64,000 nucleotides of DNA, from positions 1,261,329 through 1,325,328 of the forward strand of contig OY764017.1 in the NCBI GenBank assembly GCA_963667795.1. The letters are read 5' to 3'. Both the position numbers and the translations under genes were made by a program. The notes below the pieces were generated by a model. The model saw only the letters and a list, made by a program, of their open reading frames with translations, did no database searches and had not been told where the DNA came from. This stretch comes from Christensenellaceae bacterium (GTDB lineage: Bacteria; Bacillota; Clostridia; Christensenellales; CAG-138). Positions 25,906-34,363 of the stretch are shown one piece after another. Each line of letters starts with the position of its first letter. Positions within the stretch are counted from its first letter, which is position 1.

Positions 25906-27544
25906 CTCCGATCTCTTCGGGTGTTTGCTGCTTCACACCGAGCATATAGTAGCCCAGCTCGCTGCGCGTCAATCCCTTCGTAGAGGGGAAATATGCGGCA
26001 ATCTTTCCGTCATACATCACGATGAGCCGGTCGGAAAGCCCCATGACCTCATCAAGGTCGGCGCTGACCAGCAAAAGACCCGCACCGTGATTGCGCATCT
26101 CGATCAGCTGCAGATGAATAAACTCCGCGCTGCCAATATCGATGCCGTGCGTTGGTTGTTCGGCAAGCATGCACTTCGGATTCGTGTTGTGTTCACGGGC
26201 AACGACAACTTTCTGGATGTTGCCGCCCGACAGGCTCTGTATCTTTTGTGCAGGAGACTCCGCCTTGATCGAAAATTCTTTGATCAGCCGCCGCGCCTCG
26301 GCGCCGATACGCCTTCCTTTCATGAAAAGCGGGCCGTTGAGTGACGGTCGGTCAAAGTATGTTGAGATGATATTATCACCCAGTGAGGCTTCCCCCGCCG
26401 TACCGTCGATCATGCGGTCTTCCGGCACATAGGCAATTCCTGCTTCGCGCCGCTTTTTGATAGACAGCTTTGAAACTTCCTTACCGTCAAGCGTGATTGT
26501 CCCGTCCGTGTGGCCGGACATGCCCGCTATGGCGCGGATTAATTCGTCCTGTCCGTTTCCCTGCACACCGGCAATGCCGAAAATTTCGCCACGCTTCACG
26601 GCAAAGGAAATATCCTTGAGGCTTGTTTGTCCTTTTTGCGACAAGTTCAGTCCTTCTACTGTCAGCACGCGCGTCTGCTCCGGCCAGTCGCGCTTCTTTT
26701 CATCATAAGAGCTGATCAATTCGCGTCCAATGATGCGCGCGGTAAGTTCTTCTACCGAAATCTCCGCATTTTCGAATGTGCCGCGGCTTTCGCCGTTTCG
26801 CATGATCGTGATGCGGTCGGAAATCTGCTTAACCTCGCCGAGTTTGTGGGATATAAAAAGAATCGTGTGTCCCAGCTTGCGAAATTTCTCCAGCTCGCCG
26901 AAAAGAATCTCCGTCTCCTGCGGCGTCAGCACCGATGTCGGTTCGTCAAGGATGATAATCTCGGCGTTCCGATAAAGCGTTTTTAGGATTTCGACTTTTT
27001 GTTTGGCGCCGACGGAAAGTTCGGATATCTTTTTCGTTACGTCAATATCAAAATTGTATTGCTCTGCAATCGCGTGCGTTTTTTCCACCGCCGCTTTTTT
27101 ATTGAGAAAAAGCCGGCTTTTGCGCGGCTCCATGCCAAGCACAATGCTCTCGGCAATTGTAAACGTCGGGATCAACATAAAATGCTGGTGTACCATGCCA
27201 ATGCCCGCGTCGATGGCCTCCAGCGAATTGTGGAATTGCAGCTCTTTTCCCCGCAGGTAGAGCTTGCCTGCGGACGGCTGCTCGATGCCAAAGAGGATTT
27301 TCATGAGCGTGGATTTCCCCGCGCCGTTTTCGCCGACGATCGAATGAATCTCGCCCTTGCGAAAGTCAACGGAGATGTCCTTGTTTGCCACAACGCCGTT
27401 GGAATATACCTTTGTTATGTTTTCCAGGCGTAAAATCGAGTCTTCCAGAGGAATCCCTCCCTTTGCTGACCAAACTGTGTGAATCCTTACGCTGTGTCTG
27501 TAAAATGTTATCGTCTTTTGAAAAGGGCGGAGTGCAGACGACAT
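25889..27544 (-). CDS. BMP-type ABC transporter ATP-binding protein (duplicated ATPase); start uncertain
   Basis: Walker A GENGAGKSTLMKILFG, signature LSVGAKQKVEI and a second signature LSGGNIQK. The first 33 residues from ATG 27544 look non-protein-like. A strong AAGGGAGGG RBS lies 6 nt before an in-frame CTG (LEDSILRLENITK). Confidence 0.8.
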   Translation of the reverse strand: MSSALRPFQKTITFYRHSVRIHTVWSAKGGIPLEDSILRLENITKVYSNGVVANKDISVDFRKGEIHSIVGENGAGKSTLMKILFGIEQPSAGKLYLRGKELQFHNSLEAIDAGIGMVHQHFMLIPTFTIAESIVLGMEPRKSRLFLNKKAAVEKTHAIAEQYNFDIDVTKKISELSVGAKQKVEILKTLYRNAEIIILDEPTSVLTPQETEILFGELEKFRKLGHTILFISHKLGEVKQISDRITIMRNGESRGTFENAEISVEELTARIIGRELISSYDEKKRDWPEQTRVLTVEGLNLSQKGQTSLKDISFAVKRGEIFGIAGVQGNGQDELIRAIAGMSGHTDGTITLDGKEVSKLSIKKRREAGIAYVPEDRMIDGTAGEASLGDNIISTYFDRPSLNGPLFMKGRRIGAEARRLIKEFSIKAESPAQKIQSLSGGNIQKVVVAREHNTNPKCMLAEQPTHGIDIGSAEFIHLQLIEMRNHGAGLLLVSADLDEVMGLSDRLIVMYDGKIAAYFPSTKGLTRSELGYYMLGVKQQTPEEIGGALHD

Positions 27545-27557
27545 ATCCCCGCCCTTT

Positions 27558-27607
27558 TCAAAAAAAGCAGGAGAGCCGCTCTATTGAGCATAAAGCGTCG
27601 CTCCTGC
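27558..27607 (-). terminator. intercistronic terminator/attenuator after the binding-protein gene
   Basis: On the minus strand, GCAGGAG...CTCCTGC forms a stem followed by TTTTTTT, between the SBP stop (27623) and the ATPase start. Confidence 0.6.
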
Positions 27608-27622
27608 AATTTCCAGTATTTT

Positions 27623-28750
27623 TTAGTCCGAAAGGGCTGTGGCTTTGGCCTTGATGTCCTGCCATGCCTCGTCATCAGCAAGCGCGCTGATAACTGTAAC
27701 TTCGCCTGCGGCAACTTTGGCAACCTGTGCGTCGATCTGGTCGCGGATATCCTGCGGTACCATTTCGATGTACTGATCGTTCTGGATGAGGCCAACGGCG
27801 CCTTCCTTGATGCCGAGGGTCTGCGCACCGGTCGGGTACGCACCGGCAACCAGCATATCCACCGCGTACTTAACGGATGCGCCGCAATCCTTATAGAAGG
27901 ACGTGACGATCGTCGCGGCAAGATTCGGCTGACCGCTGAGCGCAATTGTCTGGTCGCTGTCCACGCCGAAAGCATACTTGTCCACTTCTGCGGCGGCTTC
28001 AAATACGCCAAGTCCTGCGCCGCCCGCAACCTGCCAAACAACGTCCGCACCCTGCGAATACATGTTCAGGGCGATTTCTTTTGCCTTGGCGGAATCGGAG
28101 AAGCTTTCCGGATAGCCGATGAGTACCTGCACGCCGTTTTCATAGCAAATCTGGCAGAAGCCGCCGATGAAATCGTTCATCGCGGGGAAATCCATGCCGA
28201 CCACGACGCCGACGATCTTATCGGCATTCGCCTTGGGCATACTGCTCTGCGTAATCAGAGAAGCCGCGGCACCGGCAACATAGCCCAGTTCCGGCGTGTT
28301 GTAGGTTACCGCAAAAACATTCGGCAGATCTACATGGTTGACATAGTCAAAGTTGAAAAACAGCTGATCCGGATACTGCTCTGCCGCGGCATAGAAGTAT
28401 TCTTCCGCGTCATTGTTGCCACCGATGATGAGGTCGTAACCTCCATCACAGGCATCCAGATAATAGCTCTCCCACTTGCTTTTGTCCTCACCCATCTCGA
28501 TAAGTGTGGCATCAACATTCGGGTATTCATCAATTACGAGTCGTCCTGCATTGACAGAGTCGAAATAGGACTGATCGCCGATAAACGGAAGCAACACGGC
28601 AACTTTGTAGACCGTTTCAGTCGTCTCCGCTGTGGCTTCACTCTGCTCGGTAGCCGCCGTTGTGTCTGCAGCGGGTGTGGTCGTCTTGACGCAGGCCACC
28701 AGCCCGAATACCGTCAAGAGCGCGAGGATAACAGCAAAAATCTTCTTCAT
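27623..28750 (-). CDS. BMP-family (PnrA/Med-like) ABC transporter substrate-binding lipoprotein
   Basis: 375 aa. Signal peptide plus lipobox ALLTVFGLVAC, then a Thr/Ala/Glu linker. AAGGAGAGGG RBS. Confidence 0.8.
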   Translation of the reverse strand: MKKIFAVILALLTVFGLVACVKTTTPAADTTAATEQSEATAETTETVYKVAVLLPFIGDQSYFDSVNAGRLVIDEYPNVDATLIEMGEDKSKWESYYLDACDGGYDLIIGGNNDAEEYFYAAAEQYPDQLFFNFDYVNHVDLPNVFAVTYNTPELGYVAGAAASLITQSSMPKANADKIVGVVVGMDFPAMNDFIGGFCQICYENGVQVLIGYPESFSDSAKAKEIALNMYSQGADVVWQVAGGAGLGVFEAAAEVDKYAFGVDSDQTIALSGQPNLAATIVTSFYKDCGASVKYAVDMLVAGAYPTGAQTLGIKEGAVGLIQNDQYIEMVPQDIRDQIDAQVAKVAAGEVTVISALADDEAWQDIKAKATALSD

Positions 28751-28964
28751 TGTTCCTTTTCCCTCTCCTTATTTTTGTTTGCGTGGGTAACCGACACCTT
28801 TGGCGTATATCTCCAGTATTGATAACAGGATTATACTTGCCTTTTGATTGCTAAAATTATATATTGTAATCAAAACATCAAAAAGGACATCTGTCCACAT
28901 TCAAAATATATTTATTCAGTCGCTGTTAAAGACCATTCAGCTGCAGGAAGAGAGGGACACCGCC

Positions 28965-29666
28965 TTGACGCAAAAGCTTGAAAATATCTGGAATCAATTT
29001 GACGTTTCTTGCGGCATCGCGCTGGACCTTTTGCCGGTCGAGCTTTTCGCACGCGCAACGCGCAAAAAATACGCTCCCGGTGACGTCATCATTCATGAGG
29101 GAGATTCGCTGGAATATGTTTTCTTCATCGAATCCGGTACTGTGGACGGCATGAAGTGCTTTGAAAGCGGCAAAGATTATCAATATTTCAAGCTGGACCG
29201 CTTCAATGGTGCGGTTGGCCTGCTTGAGCTTTTTTCTCGTAAAAGCGAAATCATCGCAACAATTATTGCAAAGACGAATGTTGTCATCCTGCGAATTGCC
29301 GCGGACGAACTGTATGCGTTCGCTATGAAAGACCTGCCTTTGTTGCGCAAAATCAGCTATCACATCGCGAACGATCTGTATGTTGATTCCAGCCTGAGCG
29401 GTAAACTTTTTTATCTAAGCGGATTGGAGCGCGTTTGTTTCTACCTGGCGGATTATTTTCAGAAAAACGCATATCCGCAGTCGTTTGTTGTCGTTGCACA
29501 AAATTACCAGACCATCGCCAATCACATCGGCGTCAGTCAACGCACAGTCGTGCGCGCAATACGCGACTTGCGGCAAAAAGGACTCTGCTCCATGGATGGC
29601 AAACAAATCCGTATTTCCCGGGAGCAGGCGGAACAGATTCGACGGTGGGACCCCTCCGCCGAATAG
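28965..29666 (+). CDS. Crp/Fnr-family transcriptional regulator
   Basis: Track ORF 28848..29666. I prefer the TTG at 28965 (GAGAGGG 8 nt upstream), which gives a family-typical 233 aa. cNMP-binding fold PGDVIIHEGDSLEYVFFIESGTV. HTH QTIANHIGVSQRTVVRAIRDLRQKGL. Confidence 0.75.
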   Translation: MTQKLENIWNQFDVSCGIALDLLPVELFARATRKKYAPGDVIIHEGDSLEYVFFIESGTVDGMKCFESGKDYQYFKLDRFNGAVGLLELFSRKSEIIATIIAKTNVVILRIAADELYAFAMKDLPLLRKISYHIANDLYVDSSLSGKLFYLSGLERVCFYLADYFQKNAYPQSFVVVAQNYQTIANHIGVSQRTVVRAIRDLRQKGLCSMDGKQIRISREQAEQIRRWDPSAE

Positions 29667-29710
29667 AAAGTATTCGGCTCGACGTAATGTTTCTAAGCAA
29701 GCAATGTCTG

Positions 29711-29740
29711 TTGACAAATAATATATCGTTCATGTATGAT
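29711..29740 (+). promoter_or_regulatory. sigma-A-type promoter of the glycine riboswitch-lpd transcript
   Basis: TTGACA (29711..29716), 18 nt, then TATGAT (29735..29740). Confidence 0.6.
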
Positions 29741-29768
29741 TTCTGAAAAGGAATAATTGGATGAAGGT

Positions 29769-29947
29769 ATCGGGAGAGACTGCATGATTGCAGCGCCGAA
29801 GGTGAATGCGCAAAAAACTCTCAGGTAAACGGACCGATGCCCGACAAAGCTTTGGAAAGCCGACTGATCGGTCGGCACCGACGAGGCAATTCTGCGTAAG
29901 TGCAATCATGGCTGCGCGGAAGAATCTTTCAGGTTGAAATACAGGGC
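29769..29947 (+). promoter_or_regulatory. tandem glycine riboswitch (two aptamers)
   Basis: Aptamer 1: ATCGGGAGAG...CGCCGAAGG...CTCTCAGGTAAACGGACCGAT. Aptamer 2: GGAAAG...CACCGACGAGGCAA...CTTTCAGGTTGAAATACAGGGC. Both carry the GGAGAG / ACCGAAGG / CTCAGG..GGAC consensus blocks. Confidence 0.9.
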
Positions 29948-29975
29948 GTGCGACTTGGTTTGCACGTCCTTTTTC
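29944..29975 (+). terminator. riboswitch expression-platform terminator
   Basis: GGGCGTGC (29944..29951) pairs with GCACGTCC (29962..29969), followed by TTTTT. The 5' arm overlaps the 3' strand of the aptamer-2 P1 helix, which implies an ON switch. Confidence 0.75.
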
Positions 29976-30039
29976 GCGTCCTTTTGAGGATGAATCTCGG
30001 TTTACTTTAAAAAAGACGATTTACAGGGAGGAATTCATC

Positions 30040-31413
30040 ATGGTATTTGACTTAATCGTACTCGGCGGTGGACCGGCCGGTTATCTTGCCGGTGAGCGGG
30101 CAGGCCAGGCCGGATTTTCGGTTTGTTGCATGGAAGAGCGCTGCGTCGGCGGCGTGTGTCTCAATGAAGGGTGCATTCCCACAAAGACACTCCTTTATTC
30201 CGCAAAAATCTTTGATAACGCTTCGTTGGGTGCTAAATATGGCGTAACGGCGGAAAGCCTTGCAATCGACCATGCAAAGGTGATCGCCCGCAAAAACAAA
30301 GTTGTAAGAACGCTTGTTGCCGGTGTTAAATCTGCGCTGAAGGCCAACCACGTCACCATCGTAGAAGCACGCGGCGTCATCGCGGGGCGCGTCGACGGCG
30401 GCTATACGGTGAAAGCCGACGGCGAAACATATGTTGGCAAACGCTTGTTGATTGCAACGGGATCGTCTCCTGCGATCCCGCCGATCCCCGGGCTTAAGGA
30501 CGGTCTTGAAAGCGGATTTGTCTGCACCAACCGCGAAATCCTCGCGTTAACTGAAAAGCCGGAAAGTCTCGTGGTGATCGGCGGCGGCGTGATCGGGCTT
30601 GAGCTTGCCGGTTACTTTGCGTCAATCGGTACAAAGGTGACCATAATCGAAATGCTTGACCATGTTGGCGGAGCCAATGACCCGGAACTTGTCGATATCC
30701 TAAAAAAACACTTTGAAAAACGCGGCGTAACGTTCCATCTTTCCGCTAAGGTCACGGAGTTGACGGCAAACGCCATAAAATATGAACAAGATGGAGTGAT
30801 CAGCGAAGTTACCTGCGACAAGGTGCTGCTTTCCATCGGGCGCCGTGCCAATACGCATGACATAGGCCTTAAAAACATCGGTGTATTGACGGAGCGAGGC
30901 GCTGTCATCACCGATGAACATATGAAAACAAACCAACCGGACGTATACGCGGCCGGAGACGTTAACGGAAAGTCTATGCTTGCCCACACGGCGTACCGCG
31001 AGGCGGAAGTTGCCGTCAACACAATGCTCGGCAAGCAGGACATGATGCGTTACAATGCGGTTCCCGGCGTAATCTATACGAATCCCGAGCTGTCCTCCGT
31101 CGGTGAAACGGAACAATCCGCAAAACAAAACGGACTGGACGTGTCCGTCGTAAAACTGCCGATGCGGTTTTCCGGTCGCTACCTTGCCGAGAACGAAGGC
31201 GGCAACGGCATCATGAAACTCGTCGTCGAAAACGGTACAAAAAAAGTGCTCGGCGCGCAGGTGCTCAGCAACTACTCCAGTGAATTCATCGTAACCGTCG
31301 GCACGTTCATTGAACTCGGCCTGACGGTAGACGCGATCAAAAAGATCATATTCCCGCATCCGACGGTTGGCGAAATCATTCGCGAGGCAGCGTTTGTGGG
31401 GTCGGAAATATAA
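30040..31413 (+). CDS. lpd: dihydrolipoyl dehydrogenase (E3 / glycine-cleavage L-protein)
   Basis: 457 aa. FAD motif VLGGGPAGY, redox disulfide CLNEGCIPTK and C-terminal HPTVGE. GGGAGGAA RBS. Confidence 0.9.
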   Translation: MVFDLIVLGGGPAGYLAGERAGQAGFSVCCMEERCVGGVCLNEGCIPTKTLLYSAKIFDNASLGAKYGVTAESLAIDHAKVIARKNKVVRTLVAGVKSALKANHVTIVEARGVIAGRVDGGYTVKADGETYVGKRLLIATGSSPAIPPIPGLKDGLESGFVCTNREILALTEKPESLVVIGGGVIGLELAGYFASIGTKVTIIEMLDHVGGANDPELVDILKKHFEKRGVTFHLSAKVTELTANAIKYEQDGVISEVTCDKVLLSIGRRANTHDIGLKNIGVLTERGAVITDEHMKTNQPDVYAAGDVNGKSMLAHTAYREAEVAVNTMLGKQDMMRYNAVPGVIYTNPELSSVGETEQSAKQNGLDVSVVKLPMRFSGRYLAENEGGNGIMKLVVENGTKKVLGAQVLSNYSSEFIVTVGTFIELGLTVDAIKKIIFPHPTVGEIIREAAFVGSEI

Positions 31414-31630
31414 TCTACCTATCCAGTTAAGCTCGTTTATTCAGTGTTGACATGCTCCCCCTTGCTCTCAAGTAACAATCGCGGGATTACCCGAAATATG
31501 TTAAGATAGTCCTTAAAGATTTAGCGCTTCACCGTAGTTACGGGATTTGCGAACGGACATTGCCACGGGCTGAAGCAAAGCCGACCCGGAGGTTGATGTT
31601 GGGATTGACGACCGAAAGGAGCTTTAACAT

Positions 31631-32551
31631 ATGAAAATTGAGAACATCGCGATTGTGGGTATGGGTGCGCTGGGCGTCATGTACGGTGATTTTTTGACCG
31701 AAAAACTGGGCAAAGCGCACGTGGAATTCATCGCCGATCAAACCAGAATCGACCGGTTCAAGCAGGACGGCATGTTTTGTAACGGCCGACCGTGCGATTT
31801 TTCGATTGCCAGCGAAACGGAAACGGGCAAGCCCGCGGATTTAGTGATCTTTGCGGTTAAAGCGACCGGTCTGGAAGCCGCTATCCACACGGTGCGTAAC
31901 AAAGTGTCCGAACGCACGATCATCCTCTCGCTGCTCAACGGAATCACAAGTGAGGAAATCATTGGTAAAACGTTCGGGATGGATGGGATCATTCATTGCA
32001 TCGTTCAGGGCATGGATCCGATCAAAGAAAACAATCAAGTGACATACACGCACTTCGGACAGGTCTGTCTTGGCATAACCGACAAAAGCGAAGCCAAAAA
32101 ACAGAAGCTGCAGGACGTGTTGGATCTGTTTGACCGCATCAGCATGCCTTACGCGCTGGAAGACGACATCCTCCAAAGAATGTGGTGCAAGCTCATGCTT
32201 AACGTCGGTGTAAATCAGGCCGTTATGTTATATGAAGGAACGTATGCAACGGTGCAAAAGCCCGGTGAAGCGCGCGAACTCATGCAGAACGCCATGCAGG
32301 AAGTCATCCCCCTTGCGCAAAAAGAGAATATTCAAATCACACAGACGGATTTTGACGCATACGTAAAGCTCGTCGATACACTCAGCCCCGCCGGAATGCC
32401 GTCCATGCGGCAGGACGGTTTGGCGCATAGAAAGTCGGAGGTCGACTTGTTCGCGGGTACAATCGTCGGCCTTGCTGACAAGCATGGCGTCGACGCACCG
32501 GTGAACCGGCAAATCTACGAAACGGTTCGAAAAATAGAAAGCACATATTGA
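31631..32551 (+). CDS. panE: 2-dehydropantoate 2-reductase (ApbA/PanE family)
   Basis: 306 aa. N-terminal IAIVGMGALG Rossmann motif with ApbA-type length and layout. AAGGAG RBS. Confidence 0.6.
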   Translation: MKIENIAIVGMGALGVMYGDFLTEKLGKAHVEFIADQTRIDRFKQDGMFCNGRPCDFSIASETETGKPADLVIFAVKATGLEAAIHTVRNKVSERTIILSLLNGITSEEIIGKTFGMDGIIHCIVQGMDPIKENNQVTYTHFGQVCLGITDKSEAKKQKLQDVLDLFDRISMPYALEDDILQRMWCKLMLNVGVNQAVMLYEGTYATVQKPGEARELMQNAMQEVIPLAQKENIQITQTDFDAYVKLVDTLSPAGMPSMRQDGLAHRKSEVDLFAGTIVGLADKHGVDAPVNRQIYETVRKIESTY

Positions 32552-32701
32552 ACATTGCGCAATCCGCCGAATTACGGGCAGGTATAGTATAATTTTATTG
32601 TAACAGCAACTTTTATAAGAAAGCGATATATCATTACCAACTACAATAAAAACGCAACACAAGAGCCAACGAACACGTGTGCGAAAGAAGGATAACGTTG
32701 C

Positions 32702-34237
32702 ATGGAGACGAGTATATCCATTGGTATTGACCTTGGCACAATAAACAGCGTTGCGGCAATGATGGACAACGACAATCAAACCTTGCTTTGCCCTGCGGGC
32801 AAAGCCGGTAACAAGCTGTTCCCGTCCGTTATCGCTTATGATCCGGGAAAAAAAGCCATCATAGCGGGGCGACTCGCGTTTAACAGGCGCGGCACTTCGC
32901 CGGAGCCGGTCATGTCGATTAAGCCCCACATGGCAGACGCAGCCTTTAAAGCAACCTGCGGCCCGTACAGCTTATCACCGGCAGAAGTTTCCGCTGAAAT
33001 CCTGCGTGCAATAAAAGAACGCATGCAGGCCTATCTCAATCACTTTCCGGAATATTCCGGTTGTGTCGTCGATCGCGCGGTAATCACGGTTCCGGCATAT
33101 TTTACGCCGGTTGCCCGTGAAGCAACGGTACAGGCAGCCGAGATGGCCGGGCTGGAAGTGGAATCCCTGCTCGCAGAGCCTGTCGCGGCAATGTTGTATC
33201 ATTGCTTTCAAAGCAAGATCGACGATGGAATCTTTATGGTTTATGACCTTGGTTTAAGCAGTTTTGACTTTTCCATCGTGTCCTTGCGCGAAGGTGCTCC
33301 ACGTGTGCTCGGTATCGCCAGACAATCGTGTCTCGGCAGCGATAGCTTCGACGATGTACTGGCGCACCATCTGCTGGAACTCCTCCGAGACCCATGCGAA
33401 GGATATGATCTGGAACCAAGTGTCAGTCACACAAAAGAAGACCGGCTTCGCTTTGAGCGGTTGAAACTTACGGCTGAATCCATTCGAAAAGAGCTGGCAA
33501 ACAAAGATGAGTTCTATATTAATTTAGAAAGCATTTTCAAAGACAATAGCGGCGCTTGGGTCAATCTTTCTGCAAACATCACGCGCGCTGAATTTGAAGA
33601 AATGATCCAACCGCTGCTGATGATTACGATTGAAGAATGCTATCTTGCGCTGGATGAAGTCGAGAAAAATCATGGTGTTACGCTGGATATGATAGACGGC
33701 GTGCTTTTGGTCGGCGCAGGTGTCGGTTTTCCTGCCATATCAAAGATCATCGAAGAAACATTTACCGATCCAGGCATTCCGGTACATACAAAGATGCCAA
33801 AACCGGTGAACGATGAGCCGGAGCTGGCTGTCGCTTACGGTGCGGCAATCGTCGCCACGTCGTGCAGTATCGTATCAAGCGACATCCGTAATGAACAATC
33901 ACAACCGCTGTTAAGTCTTTGCTTAAGCGAATCCGCCAAGCTCGCGAAAAACATTCGGGAGCAGAATGCTCGAAAGCCAAAGTGCATCACTACAGAAACG
34001 ATTCCTCTGCAAAGCATTCTCACGCTGAAGCCGCATCGGCAATCTTTCGATACGCTGGCTGAAGAAGTAAAACTGCTGAATGAAACCTCAAAAAGAGGCA
34101 AAGCGGCGTATGCCTCCGACATTGCCTATGCGATTTCACTGGGAAATCAAGCATACGAGAATAGCGATCAGATACTGCTCACAAAGACGTTTAAAAATCT
34201 GGAAGCGATTAAACGCTTGCTCAATCCAGACGTTTAA
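32702..34237 (+). CDS. atypical Hsp70-family ATPase (actin-fold NBD, no canonical substrate-binding domain)
   Basis: 511 aa. Motifs GIDLGTINS, VITVPAYF and AEPVAAMLY. The phosphate-2 motif is DLGLSSFD rather than DLGGGTFD. The last roughly 125 aa look helical and are unrelated to the DnaK beta-SBD. Confidence 0.75.
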   Translation: METSISIGIDLGTINSVAAMMDNDNQTLLCPAGKAGNKLFPSVIAYDPGKKAIIAGRLAFNRRGTSPEPVMSIKPHMADAAFKATCGPYSLSPAEVSAEILRAIKERMQAYLNHFPEYSGCVVDRAVITVPAYFTPVAREATVQAAEMAGLEVESLLAEPVAAMLYHCFQSKIDDGIFMVYDLGLSSFDFSIVSLREGAPRVLGIARQSCLGSDSFDDVLAHHLLELLRDPCEGYDLEPSVSHTKEDRLRFERLKLTAESIRKELANKDEFYINLESIFKDNSGAWVNLSANITRAEFEEMIQPLLMITIEECYLALDEVEKNHGVTLDMIDGVLLVGAGVGFPAISKIIEETFTDPGIPVHTKMPKPVNDEPELAVAYGAAIVATSCSIVSSDIRNEQSQPLLSLCLSESAKLAKNIREQNARKPKCITTETIPLQSILTLKPHRQSFDTLAEEVKLLNETSKRGKAAYASDIAYAISLGNQAYENSDQILLTKTFKNLEAIKRLLNPDV

Positions 34238-34313
34238 GCTTTCGGTTCATCGATCTCAGAAAATAGTGGCCGGTTTTCGTTTGCGTCCTAAATTACTGCA
34301 CTTTCTTAAAGTT

Positions 34314-34343
34314 AAAAACGACCACCTTCCGGTGGTCGTTTTT
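34314..34343. terminator. bidirectional intrinsic terminator
   Basis: Perfect 9-bp stem ACGACCACC/GGTGGTCGT with loop TTCC, flanked by AAAAA and TTTTT. It lies between convergent genes. Confidence 0.8.
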
Positions 34344-34363
34344 GTCGTCGTTACGTTCTTGTT

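Noticed and set aside
27479-28822. A 447-aa plus-strand ORF spanning the whole BMP lipoprotein gene in antisense
   Set aside because: It is the mirror frame of a well-supported minus-strand gene, which has a signal peptide, lipobox, RBS and operon context. Its product is Arg/His/Cys-rich and low-complexity with no RBS. Long antisense ORFs arise when TTA, CTA and TCA codons are rare in the sense frame.
30700-31359. A 219-aa minus-strand ORF inside lpd
   Set aside because: It is a shadow of a confidently identified dihydrolipoyl dehydrogenase.
31420-31630. The 210-nt region upstream of panE, examined as a possible riboswitch or leader
   Set aside because: It contains a TTGACA and some short hairpins. 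I see no match to any riboswitch, T-box or pan-motif consensus I know, and no terminator/antiterminator pair.
32228-32929. A 233-aa minus-strand ORF bridging the panE 3' end, the intergenic region and the Hsp70-like 5' end
   Set aside because: It overlaps two well-supported plus-strand genes. Its sequence is Cys/Arg-rich with no RBS and no family resemblance.
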